From Isurus oxyrinchus (lineage: Eukaryota), in assembly GCA_026770705.1 (NCBI GenBank), contig JANJGN010000024.1:30876001-30940000 (forward strand): a stretch of 64,000 nt of DNA. Direction: 5' to 3'. Position numbers and translations under genes: made by a program. Positions 40,539 through 52,126 of the stretch are shown piece after piece. Below the pieces are notes generated by a model. That model did not search any database, was not told the DNA's origin, and saw nothing but the letters and a program-made list of their open reading frames with translations. Within the stretch, counting starts at the first letter, position 1; every line of letters starts with the position of its first letter.

Positions 40539-40892
40539 CACTCGGAAATGTAAACATAAAGCATCTTAATCAGAACATGGCCTTATCACTGGTGATATTT
40601 GGTTCCCCCCATTTTTCTTTACATTTTTGGATGGTGTAATGGAAATCACTGGTTAATGCTTGTTTCTGCAATGTTTCACATTCACAATTAAATAAGATGT
40701 AATTTTGTGCTATTGGCCTCTGTATGCTTCATTTGTTCTGTAGGTGCAGGGTAGGCCATTATGTTATGATGGACATGTGTCTCCTGAAATTTTATTGCAA
40801 AGGCACAGAGTTTATGTTGTTGACCAAGGAACTGGTCCTGTCAGGGATTGGGTATGGAGCCTGCCATGTGGTGGTGATTCTGATTTGGTTGG

Positions 40893-42170
40893 CTAGCTGA
40901 AGGAGCATTGGATCAAAGCATCCAAGGTGTCTCTGCCTCCCTGGAGGTTACCAAGCTCTGTGTCTATGCCCTCAGTGCTCTCCTCACTGTGCTCATCCTC
41001 GAACTCACTATTGGACTCATCATCTGTTGCCTGTGCAGCTACGACCTTGGCAGGCATCCTCTGGCCCGTGGAGCCTGTGCTGGCCCCGCCTGGGAGGGAG
41101 CAGCCAGTGCCACGGCTGGCGTCTGCCCAATTCCGCAGCCTCATCAGATGCCATGGTCACTGGGTACCCTTTTGCCAGTGCCAGACTGTGCAGAGCGCAG
41201 CATGCAACCGCTATCAGTGATACACAATCCTGGGGGTACTGGAGGGTGCCCCCTGAATGGTCCAGGCATCGGAAGCACATCATGTGGAGGCATGGCTCCT
41301 ATTGTACCGCTGCTCAGCCTCTGTTCTTGGATGGTGGAGAGGCATCATGAGCCACCTTCTGAGGGGATAGCCCTGGTCACCGGCAGCCATCCATCCAGCC
41401 GGGCTGGAGCACTGAAGAGTCCCGGCACCTGGGAGTGTCTCAGGATGTACGTGTCATGGGAGCTGCCAGGGTACCTTGCACAGACTTGCAGAATCTGCAT
41501 CCTGTGGTCACACACAATCTGCACGTTCATGGAGTGGAAGCCCTTCCTGTTGGCAAAGGATCTCCGCTCACCTGTTGGCCACCTTGATGGCCACATGCGT
41601 GCAGTCGATTGCACCCTGGATGAGTGGGAATGCAGCAATCATCGCGAAGCCTCTGGCTTGCTCTGCCTGACTGGCCTCATCCATGCGCTAGTGAATGAAA
41701 GTAAATGCATGTCTGAACAGAGCGTCTGTCACTAGTTTGACACAACTGTGGACAGTTGATTGGGAGACTCCACAAAGATCTCCCACAGACCTTTGGAAAG
41801 AGCCAGAGGCATAGAGGCTGAGGGCCACTGTGACCTTCAGCACCACTGGCATGGGGTTTCATCCCACATAGTTGGAGCTGATCTCAGGGCCAATCATCTG
41901 ACAAATGGAGGTCACTCGAGAGGCGAAGCCTCTTTCAGCATTGCACCTCAGACATATTGAGGTAGCCGCATCACCGCCTGTAAACCCTGGCAGCAGAATA
42001 GTGGTATCTTCTGTGGCTCCTTCTGTCTTGGACTTCCTGCTGGCCCTGTGCTCCTTGTGCCTGTGCCTCTCTCCCCACAGGTCACTCCCCTGGAACCTGG
42101 CCTCCTCCCAATCTGGTCCTGTCTTCCTCCTCAGAGGAGGTGCCTCCAGCGGAGACCACAATCTCCATTA
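40893..42170 (-). pseudogene. Harbinger DDE transposase (HARBI1/DDE_Tnp_4-like), frameshifted
   Basis: [46 protein letters not shown].., IAVACCALH, and an acidic C-terminus. Confidence 0.92.
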
Positions 42171-44902
42171 CCAGGGTAAGGGAAGGCTGTCTGATAGCTG
42201 GAAGGCCCCACGCGGTGTGAATCCTCCGGGGGCCTGGAAAACAACACTGAGTCCTGAACCGAAACCTCGAAATTCTCTGAATGCAACTCTGAAGTGAGAT
42301 GAAGCTGTCCTATTCACAGAAGCAATCAGTAGCAAGTGATATCCAAAACTCCTCACTAATCATTTTGCCCAGGTCATTGACTCCTCTTAACCTGCCCATG
42401 GTTGAGGTTTTGCAAATTGTGCTCTGCCCACCTGCCCGTTTTGCCCACGTGGCAGCCTGTAAATCGCACGGGCTACATAAAGTCAAAGACAATTGGTGTC
42501 TCAAGGGCCTTAACTGGCCACTTAATTAATGGTGGGTGCACCTCCATCTCCATCGTGTGCCCGCCTAGCGAAATATCGCAAGAGTGCACGTTGATGTTGG
42601 CACACTCGGCCGACGTCAACACACTTTATTTAACGTTCGAGCCTGAGCCTCTCCTCCCATAGGTCACTCCCCTGGAACCTGGCCTCCTCCCCCTTCTGGT
42701 CCTGTCTTTCTCTTCAGAGGAGGTGCCTCCAGCAGAGACCACAATCCCCATTACCAGGGTAAGGGAAGGCTTGCTGATACCTGGAAGAGTCTACACAGTC
42801 TGAATTCTCCGGGGGCCTGGAAAACAACACGCCCGCCTCTGAGCTATAAATTCTGCCCAAATGTTTAGCATGAAAAGGCACTATTCTAATATATTACATC
42901 GCTCAATTGCCCTACAGAACTGGAGACCTTCAACCTTTATAAATCAATCACAGGTTCTTGGCTTTGATCAGGCACTTCCACTTGTCCAGCTTCTGCATTC
43001 AAATAACCCACTAGATATTGAATTGAGGTCAGAAACATGTTTGTTTCTTTTCAGCATGCTCTCAGTGATAATAAAGTTCATCATACAGAGAGCTGAAAAA
43101 ATGCTTTCCTGAGTCACATTTAACATTGGCAATTGCAGCACGCCCTCCTTTCAGTTCAGTTCTACTCCAGTATCAGAACATGCATTATGGACCCTCTGCT
43201 TAAAATAAGCACAAGTTGGTTCTGCTCAACATCTCAAGGATATTTGCAGCAAAAGAATGTTTGTTGTAGCCTACTCCACATAATTCAAGGGCATGAATTT
43301 GAAATGATATGATAATTTATTTTCATGACAATTAAATTCCTATATTGCTACCTTCTGTACATTGCTTAATTCATGTTTTTGCATGATTCAATTATTTAAT
43401 GTAAACAAAATTGAATTATCAAGACTACAATCCCCAATCCAGAAATCTCTATGTAATTGAGAATGACCCATCAATTGATTCAGTTATTAGATTTTTATTG
43501 ACCTAAATTTAGGTCTGGCTTTAAATCAGTTTACAATGAAATCCACAGTGTGGTCCTTTATTGATGACTCGCACTTTTGCATGCTGAGAAATGATAATTG
43601 TACCTGAAACAACTGACTCTGGACCACTGCCATTATAACATCAAGGAGTTACCACAGTCACATTCATTCAGAGCTGTCAGTTGTTCTTTGACAAATTTTT
43701 GCTGTGACCACTTTGAAAAAGAGCCCAGCATTGCCGCTAATAGCATTACACAGGTTGCTGTCTGAGAACAGTTCTTAATAATATTGATACGATATGCAAG
43801 AACTGTGAGTTTAGAAGCTGCTGACATTCAAGTTGGGCTTCTCTGTTTAGGATGTTGTGATGGTAAAGCTGTTAGCATGGTTTGTTGGTTTCAGGTCTTT
43901 TGCAGTGACTCTTGGCACTATATGGCCTTTCAGGTGCCCTCAGGACTGGCTTGCAGGCTGGGAATTTTAGCCAAAACCTGGATATTCTGGGATATGAATT
44001 ACTCTAGCAATTTATAATGGAGCTTGTTTGGGGCAGAATCTCTAAGCACTCAAGGGTGTGGTCTTGGAGGGGCGTCCAGGCTGGGGGTTGGGATCCCAGG
44101 TGAACGTGTGCCTTTGAAGTTGCACCTAACTGGGGATCTAGGCCTGAGTCTTGGACTGGACCCCCAAAGATCTTTAAGAATTTCTTGATTTGCTTGTCAG
44201 TCCCATTAGAAAGCCATTTTCCTGCTTCCCCATATGTAAAAAGGTCAGACCTTGCTTTTTTTTGCATTGTCCACAGAATGATAGATGTACAAAAAATGCA
44301 CCCATTCAAGCGTATAGTTCATCACTGAAATGCCAATGAGGGAATATCTCCCCTGATCTGAAGAGTCCTGCAGAGCTAGTGACAGAAGTGCTTACTGGAC
44401 TAACCACACTCATGCCATTGTGAGAAATTGATGTTTTTAAATATATATTTTTAGGAAATATTGTGTTGTTCTGTGAAAAGGTTGTGTGTGCCTAATTGTG
44501 TGTTTGTATGTGTATTTGTGTAATTTAATTATCTGGGCAGAGATTAATAACAGGCATGCACCTGGGGGGGGGTTTCAATATGAAAAGAAAAGAGGTGTTA
44601 GATTTGAGGTACAAGTGAATAGGTTAGATATAACATTTGCATTTTTAGGTAAGTGGAGAGTTTGTTTGAATATTTAAGGGTAGTCAGAGGTTTCAAGAAA
44701 CATGTGTGCATCTTGCAGGCTTTCCATAGGTAAATGGAAGTGGGGTATTATATGTTATTGACCCAAAAGCAAAGATAAGAAGGAAACATGACAGATCTTA
44801 TATTTGGAAGGATTTGAGTTTTAAAGAGATGTGAAAACAATGGAATCTGAGATGAAAGGGGAAAATGTATTTTAGAGTTACTGTAGAGAGCTTAGGGTGG
44901 TT

Positions 44903-44950
44903 GTAGCTGTTTTGAGCTGTTGAGCTGTAGCTGTTTTGAGCTGTTGAACT
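44903..44950. repeat. 24-bp tandem duplication inside LTR
   Basis: GTAGCTGTTTTGAGCTGTTGARCT x2, followed by decayed GAGCTG units. Confidence 0.85.
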
Positions 44951-45343
44951 GGAGCTGTGAGATGTAGCAGCTAGCAATAGAGCTGGAGCTGTGGCTGAGA
45001 GAGGATCCAGTTTGAATTAACCATCCAGTAAAGCCAGAAAAGTTTTGGTCCATAAAAAACAGATTTATTCTGAAATTTGGATTTTCACAGCAGAGTGGGA
45101 GAGAGTCACAAGTCATGTGGCATGCCATTATTGAAGCTACAGATGTTTTCTTTAGGTAATTTTACTAGTTTTTTTAAAAAAAATCTATAAGAGAGTGTTG
45201 CCTGGAAGGTGTTTACTTGTGGGTCTGACCAAGTAGAGGGTCTTTTTGGGGGAATATTTTGTAAGACTAAGTTTAATTGTGTACTTGTAATCTTGTATGC
45301 TTAAGTTTTCTTTTATTCTTGTTAATAAAACCTCTATTTTTGG

Positions 45344-45981
45344 GGCAGGAATTTTCCTATGACAGGCGGGCTGGGCGGGAGCTGGGCCAATCATCACCCA
45401 CGATCGTCTCCACGCCACCATTTTACACTTAGCGTTATCTGTGCGGGTGGGAGAGTAGGGAGAGTTGGGGCCAGTGCTCTTTCGTGCATGCACACAAAAG
45501 AGCGCAGCAATCTCCTTGAGGCATGGAGCTGCCTCAGGGAGATTGAAAGTATAGTAAAATAATTAAAGAAATGACTTAAAAATGTATTTAAACATGTCCC
45601 CTCATATGACTGTGTCACATGAGTGGGGACATGCTTTTATATTTATGAAAATGTATTTATTTAATAAAAGCTCCAGGAAACCTCATCCCGCTCGTGGATG
45701 AGGTTTCCTGAAAAATGAAAAGGCGGCTTGGGCTTTTCACCCACCTGCCAACCTTCAGGTTGGACGTGCAGTGTTCACAAATGGTTCAATTAATTTCTTA
45801 ATGGCCTTCATAAGTTGTTTACATTTCGGCATGCGCACAGCCGACTCCAGAGCGCATCTGCCGAGCATAACATCGTGGTGCCGCGTGATGATGTTGGGAC
45901 ACATGCCTGACATCATCGCGCGTCATTTTACACATTGGCATGTCGGGCCCGCCCCTGCATGCCAACCGGAAAATTCTGCCC
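45344..45981. mobile_element. MITE family A copy
   Basis: GGCAGGAATTTTCC ... GGAAAATTCTGCCC; three internal hairpins. Confidence 0.9.
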
Positions 45982-46439
45982 ATAATTTTTAAAATCCCAA
46001 AAGTATCACTGGACTTCTTACTCCTGAGACCAGTATGTCCCCCACTCGTTTTCAGAATATGAAAAAAAAGGTATGCTCCATAGGCCAAGTTTCCCTCTGG
46101 GATTTGGTCTGTGCAGCATTTAACATTGGCTGTGGTCATTACAACCATGATGATGGCCTCCCGAATTTTGGCCCCATGGTTACTAGTTTTCAAATTTTAA
46201 TTGTTGCTGTTGGTGAATGAAGTCCCTTGAAGTAGTCATGTGTCAGGCTAATTGCATCTTTGCAGAGTAGGATAATAAATATATGGTATTTTAAAGAAGC
46301 CAACTTTGCATACAGTTGAGTTCTCAGTGTACTGTATAACTTTGCTTTAAATAAAGCATAAGATGCCTCTTACTATAAACACAGTTAAAGGGCCATTTGA
46401 TTAAAACGTGCTCTTACAACAAGCCCTTCTAATAAGACA

Positions 46440-46579
46440 AAAACAGAACTGTGGAAGGGTCATGAGGACTCGAAACGTCAACTCTTTTCTTCTCAGCCGA
46501 TGCTGCCACACCTGCTGAGTTTTTCCAGGTAATTCTGTTTTTGTTTTGGATTTCCAGCATCCGCAGTTTTTTCTTTTTA
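46440..46579 (+). mobile_element. 140-bp Penelope pLTR-only insertion with perfect 15-bp TSD
   Basis: CCTTCTAATAAGACA at 46425-46439 and 46580-46594. The body matches 2366-2460 and the reverse of 8785-8925. Confidence 0.92.
46449..46483 (+). ncRNA. Minimal hammerhead ribozyme motif (A6U core variant; 5' strand of stem I lost)
   Basis: CTGTGGA-A-GGGTC-ATGAG-GACTC-GAAA-CG-TC-AACT, with intact GAAA and a GUC cleavage triplet. Confidence 0.65.
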
Positions 46580-47386
46580 CCTTCTAATAAGACATTTACT
46601 GGAAGAGAGCCTGTTGCCGGTTTTCAACAGTTCAATAATGACTGGTGACAATGGCTGAAGATTCACTAGATAAATACCATACACGTTGCATGGGGAGCCA
46701 TTGTAACACCTCCTTAATAAAAAGTCATCACTGAGTCACTGAATTATGCCAGTATGTTTCCATATTGCTGGAAGAGCTTAGGGAATTAAATGATGCCCTT
46801 TGGAACACAAGAACTATCCTTCTACAATAATGTTGATTTAAACGAAAAAGTCGAAGTTCACCAAATTATTTGATACACAATGATACTGTTGTTTTCAAGA
46901 TAAATCATTAATTAGCCTATCCTTAAAATGTTTTGTTTAGGTAAATCTGCAGTTACTTCCTTATTCTTTCAGGCTGAAATAAGTTAACAATCAACTGATA
47001 AATTAAATTAATACCACAGCATCAATTGCAGGATTTATTTTGGCACTTTTTCATTGAACATGCAAATTATTAGCCATTTTGACCTTTTACATGAAGCAAA
47101 TAATTTTACCTGCCACAACACAGAATTACATAGAAATTGTACCTAACATTAAATCATAAAAGGCTGTAATTGTGCATGCTGTTACAACACAATATGCAAT
47201 ATGCTATACACTGTCGTAACTGGCTTTACAAACAGGGGAACGCTTCAATGTAACTAGCATTACACAATGCACTGCAATTTGGCCTGCCAATTCACCTGAA
47301 TACACAATAGTTCACTGATCATTACAGCACAATATGATTTTGTTTCACTGGCCTTTACAACACAATATAGTTTAATTACCTGACAC

Positions 47387-47403
47387 TGCACCACCTGGTG
47401 GCA
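47387..47403 (-). promoter_or_regulatory. Candidate CTCF-binding motif
   Basis: Minus strand TGCCACCAGGTGGTGCA. Motif match only. Confidence 0.35.
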
Positions 47404-47617
47404 AGAAGCAATGAATTAAGACTGAGTTGAATGTACTATATATACCTCAAATACAGAACAAACAAAAGCAGCAAAATAACTTTATTTGCACTACATAAAA
47501 ATAAGTCTCCATTGTTAAAAGAGAAAATTCTTGCTATGAGTTCACAGGAAGTGTCAGCTTAGTTCATCTTGCCTTAGAATCAAAAAAAAATGGGGGTGCC
47601 ACTTCCCTCTTTATTAC

Positions 47618-47726
47618 CTGAGTATGAGTGTGCCTGAAGGGCTGTGGATTACCGTAGATCCCTATGTCGGTGTCCAGTTTCTGTGGGGATCTGTTTGAGG
47701 TGCAGACCCATTCCACCCAAAACATA
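47618..47726 (-). CDS. Candidate internal coding exon of an unidentified host gene (109 nt, phase 2 to phase 0)
   Basis: Acceptor TTTATTTTGTTTAG|T and donor CAG|GTAATA. Only one frame is open: MFWVEWVCTSNRSPQKLDTDIGIYGNPQPFRHTHTQ. Non-repetitive context. Confidence 0.4.
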
Positions 47727-47819
47727 CTAAACAAAATAAACATATGGGCAGCCTGCAAATTTCACCCTGTTATGTTCATCCACTTCCTGAGGGCACCACC
47801 CATCAGTTCCTTATATTTA

Positions 47820-48120
47820 AAATATTGGCAAGGCCGCAGTTATTGCCCATTCCAGATGCTCTAAGAGGGTGGCAGAGGGCCTTCACTCTGAACTATTCTT
47901 TTCCTTGTGGTAGTGATGCCCCATTGGTTCCAGAAAGGGAACTGTAGGATATGATTGAAGTAACAATCAAGCAATAACAATATATGTCCAATTCAGGATG
48001 GGGTGTATGACTTGAAGATAATGCTGTCTCCACAACATGGCTGTTGCCCTTTTTGGTGCTAGAGATCACAGGTGAGGGAAATGTTGTTGATATAATCTTG
48101 GTGACATCCTTCGCAGGTAA
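47820..48120 (-). mobile_element. Old L2-like LINE 3' fragment
   Basis: Begins with the same tail as the SINEs (GGCAAGGCC..TTATTGCCCATTCC) and continues into LINE-like sequence. Confidence 0.5.
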
Positions 48121-48907
48121 GGCCTGCTATGAACTCAATTTACAAGGAGTCACCAGTGTTACAATCCCATTAGAGACCGTTAATGTTTAAAGAGAAATTC
48201 AAAATGTGCATTATCTATTGAAAGAATAAAGCCACATGATTCCACAATTTAAGCAAACTATTTTACTATAGAGTAGTGGAAACATTACTAATGAAGCTCA
48301 CTCTTAGGTTATCAATTATACTTTACATTAAAAAAGCAATAAACACATTCACTTTATACTTGAAATTGAATTCCTCAACTGAATCTTTCGACTTGTCCCA
48401 GAAAGTCTTTGGATATTTATCAGATTCTTGAAAATTATCCACTTTCCTGGGACCAAACCAAACAGCCACAGGTCTCAGGAATTCTCAATGTTCTTGCTAT
48501 CTTCTGAGTTACAACCTTTCTTCGGATCCTTCCACTTTCTTCCAGTTAAATGATCCTCCATCACTCCTTAAGCACCTCACGATTGTGGACACTCCAGCTC
48601 CAGCTCCGGCGTGGACCTCACTGCACTCTGGATCAGCTGCCTTCCTGGATTTCTGGTCTCCCTTTTTTGCATCTGGTCTACAGTTGCTTTTCAGCTCTTA
48701 GCATTCTCTCTCTTTCTCAACCTGTCGAACTCAGGGCTTATTCCACCAACTTAGGCACTTTCAGCTCCAACACTAAAGACCTTCTGGCTCCACCAAAAGT
48801 TCACCAATAAGTCATTGATGGTTTATGTTTATCACTATCAACTCTGACCTTGTTTCATGAATTCGATCTTCCTAATTTTGTGCTCATGGTATTTTCTGAT
48901 TACTCTG

Positions 48908-50520
48908 TGTTATGACGTGGCAGGCGATGTGTGCCAGTCAGACTAAACCCACAAAGGAAACCAGGTCACGCTATCAGAATGGTTTTGCAATTTGTATTTA
49001 TTAAGAGATGTGTGCACTAAATTCAGAAGCACTGAGTCCAAGGCCTTTAGAGATTTCAAAAATTAAATTAAAATATTTAACAAAATATAAAAGATTTCAA
49101 CACATGCATAAAAATACAATTACTTACTATTATAATAATTCCTAAAATTCCTAATTAACCTGATCCCTGGTTATACTTCCTTTAAGGCAACAGTCCAGAT
49201 AGATTTTAGATTCAAAGCAGGACCCGTAAGTTAATATAATGCCCACTGGACAGTGGAATTTCAAATAGCTTTCCCTAACTTCAGTTTCAGTTGTAAAGCA
49301 GGCTTATGCACAAATGCTGGAGGCTTCATTCAGGCTATTTCACACACTGCTGTTAGAGCTTACATGGCCTTCTGACACATGGGCCAGAATCTTCGGGTCA
49401 GCGAGTGGGGATGGGGCCTGCTCACCGATGCATAAAATGAATCGTGGTGATGTTGGGCATGCATCCTGATGTCACCGTGCATCATTCACATCTTGAGTTC
49501 GATAGGCATGCAGCCAACTCCAGTGCACGCCCACCGAACTGTCAAAGGCCTATTAAGACCATTTAAACAGCAATTAAACTAATTAACTGAGCTGCCCGTC
49601 CAACCTTAAGGTTGGCGGGCAGGAAAAGAGCCCATGTGGCCTTCGCATTTATCATGAAACCTCATCCATGAGCGAGATGAGGTTTCATGAAGGTTTTTAA
49701 AAGTTTAATTAAAAATTTCAATAAAATTCATTGACATGTCCCAGCTCATGTGACACTGTTAGTGAGGGGACATGTCTTAAAATTCTTATTTTCTTTATTA
49801 AAATTTTCAAAAATCAAACTAATCTCCCTGTGGCAGCTCTTTGCCTCGGGGAGATTTCTGCGCTCTTTCATGCGCAGGCCCCGACTCAGCCTACTCCCCC
49901 CACCTGCACAGGGGGTGCTTAGCGCTTCCGGGTACGCATCACACTGGGTGGGCCTTAATTGGCCTGCCCACATAAAATGGCAGTATGCAGCGATTGCAGG
50001 CAGTGATCAGCTGCACACCCTCCCACTCCCACTCCCATCCACCACCCCCCCCAACAGGGAGAAAATTCTCCCCGTAGCCTTTCATTCTCCTTTATATGTG
50101 TCTCTTTTTAAGATGCAAATTCTATTGTTCCATATGTCTTTGAAACTGTATCTTTCTCATAATATTAAAACTTTCATGTTGTTAATATATTGTCAGTAAC
50201 CTTTGGGAAAAATAAACATATTCCTTAGTCTTGCTTATTTGGCTAGTTGTAAACATACTATGATCACTTTGAAATCCAAATATAACTTTATTTATCTAAA
50301 AATGCAAATTGCCTTCACACCTTACTTGCTAAGCCAGGAATCCATGTTTATCATTAGCATGCCAAGCACCTAGCTTCTCCTGATGATTTCAAACTTGCAG
50401 TCTACTTGGCTCCGAATGTAATTAAATCGTACACAGGCCCAACTATATATACTTACCCCCTTAAAACTACTTCACAATGAACCAGAAAAATATTATGAAA
50501 ATTATTATACTCTCATCACA
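48908..50520 (-). mobile_element. Solo LTR (Gypsy-like) with perfect 5-bp TSD, containing a MITE
   Basis: CTCTG-TGTTATGA ... TCATCACA-CTCTG (48903-48907 and 50521-50525); terminal inverted repeat 7/8. Confidence 0.85.
49382..50073. mobile_element. MITE family A copy
   Basis: GGCCAGAATCTT ... AAAATTCTCCCC. Confidence 0.9.
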
Positions 50521-52126
50521 CTCTGACTGAGTCATTCCTGCCTGCTGATTTTTGAAATCAAATTGACTCATTTTCTGCCTTGTATCTTGAAGCATTGTTT
50601 CTCTCAAAATTGTCACAGCAGTCCCTAGGTGTAACTCTAGTCCTCTACAGTCAGAGAACCTTAAGCTTTCAGTGATCTGTAAAGTTGAATGTCTTGAAGG
50701 TGAACAAACACCCTATTTACACTACACTGCACATTGGATTAAATATACAGGCGAATTCATGAATCCCAAGCTTCCAGTGTTTAAAGGAACAGGAATGAGA
50801 CAATCAGGGCTATGTATTGCAGTCTTATCTCCAACTCTTACTCCAAATGAGGATCCCCACTGGCAGTAAAAGATGAGTACGTTTATCCATAAATTTACTG
50901 GTAAACGATGGAACATAGACAGAGGTTGTAGCAATTAACTATTTATTTATTGCTGCTGCTTGTAGCTACTTCTGCCACGAGATCTGCTATCATGGGAGGT
51001 CACGCTTGTCTGTCTTGCTCCATCCTCACTGATCCACTGTAGCTCATCTGTAACTGCTCTGTGACCTCCGGCACCCAACTATACCCCTCTTTTTGCTGCT
51101 CTCCACTTTACCCTATAGAAGAGATCTCTGTAGTTTTTCAGCTCTGATCAAATGGCCGCGATGCTGACATTTTCTTTTCTGGATATTGCTTTATCAAGCA
51201 CCTCTTCATTTGTCTTATGGTCCGTATATGGAATTTTAAGCATATGTCAGCATCGAAATTACAAAGTACTCTATTTTCTTCCACAGATTTTTATTGTTTT
51301 GGTTTCTGTGGTAAACCGGAAGATGGATAGAATGTAGGAACTTATGAGTTTTATCCTTGTTACAAGCTTGAGTTTGTTTCCAACACATCATTCAACTTCA
51401 CAAAATTACTTCTGGCTATCGCTATCCTTCATCTAACTTCTATTTCACGTCTGCCATCTTCTGTTATCATTTATCCCACATATACAAACTTATCTACTTG
51501 TACCAGTGTGACACAATCCACAATAATAGTATATTCTAATATTATTTACAATAATATGTAAATATAAAATTAAATTATTTGTGCAAGCCAACGATCACAA
51601 ATTTTAATGTAGCCATAATCAGTAATGTTGTTTTGTAATGAATTACAAATATTGAGAAAATCTTGTAAAGAACATTCTCTGGCTGAGCACATTTGACTTG
51701 TCTTAATCCCTTTGTTCAGTTCCTACCTCCATTCCCTCCTTCATACAGTCTAGTATCACTAACATGTGGACTGTGGTGTGCATAGCACAAGCACGCAGAG
51801 TGTGCTTCACCTGACACATTCTCAGGATTTGGAGATGTATTGCAATATTCTTTTCAGTATTCCCTTTTAAACTGTCCAATCTCTTTGTTTGAATGGAACT
51901 TGATAAAATCACATTCAGAAATACAAAAGCAACGCTTTATGATGTATTCATAAGGAGCAGCAATACCTCAATATTCTGCTTCAAAAGCACACAGGCAGCT
52001 TCTTACAACAATTAAGCATAATACCTTGCAGTACCTGAGTAACAATTTCACCAACATTTAAAGTTTGCCAGGCGAACTTCATTTGGAAATTTATATTGAA
52101 AAAGCTGTCTTAAAACAGAACATTAG

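Larger units (their letters stand above)
38430..42858. mobile_element. Near-complete PIF/Harbinger DNA transposon (inactivated)
   Basis: TIRs GGGTGGAATTTT / TAAATTCTGCCC enclose convergent Myb/SANT and DDE transposase genes. No clean TSD. Confidence 0.93.
44419..46143 (+). mobile_element. Solo LTR (Gypsy-like) containing a MITE
   Basis: TG...CA ends (TGTGAG ... ATTACA) with flanks GCCAT/ACCAT. AATAAA at ~45324. The 3' part resembles the reverse complement of the start of 48908-50520. Confidence 0.65.

Noticed and set aside
40908-41735. Longest ORF in the track (275 aa, plus strand)
   Set aside because: Antisense shadow of the GC-rich Harbinger transposase, with no recognisable domain.
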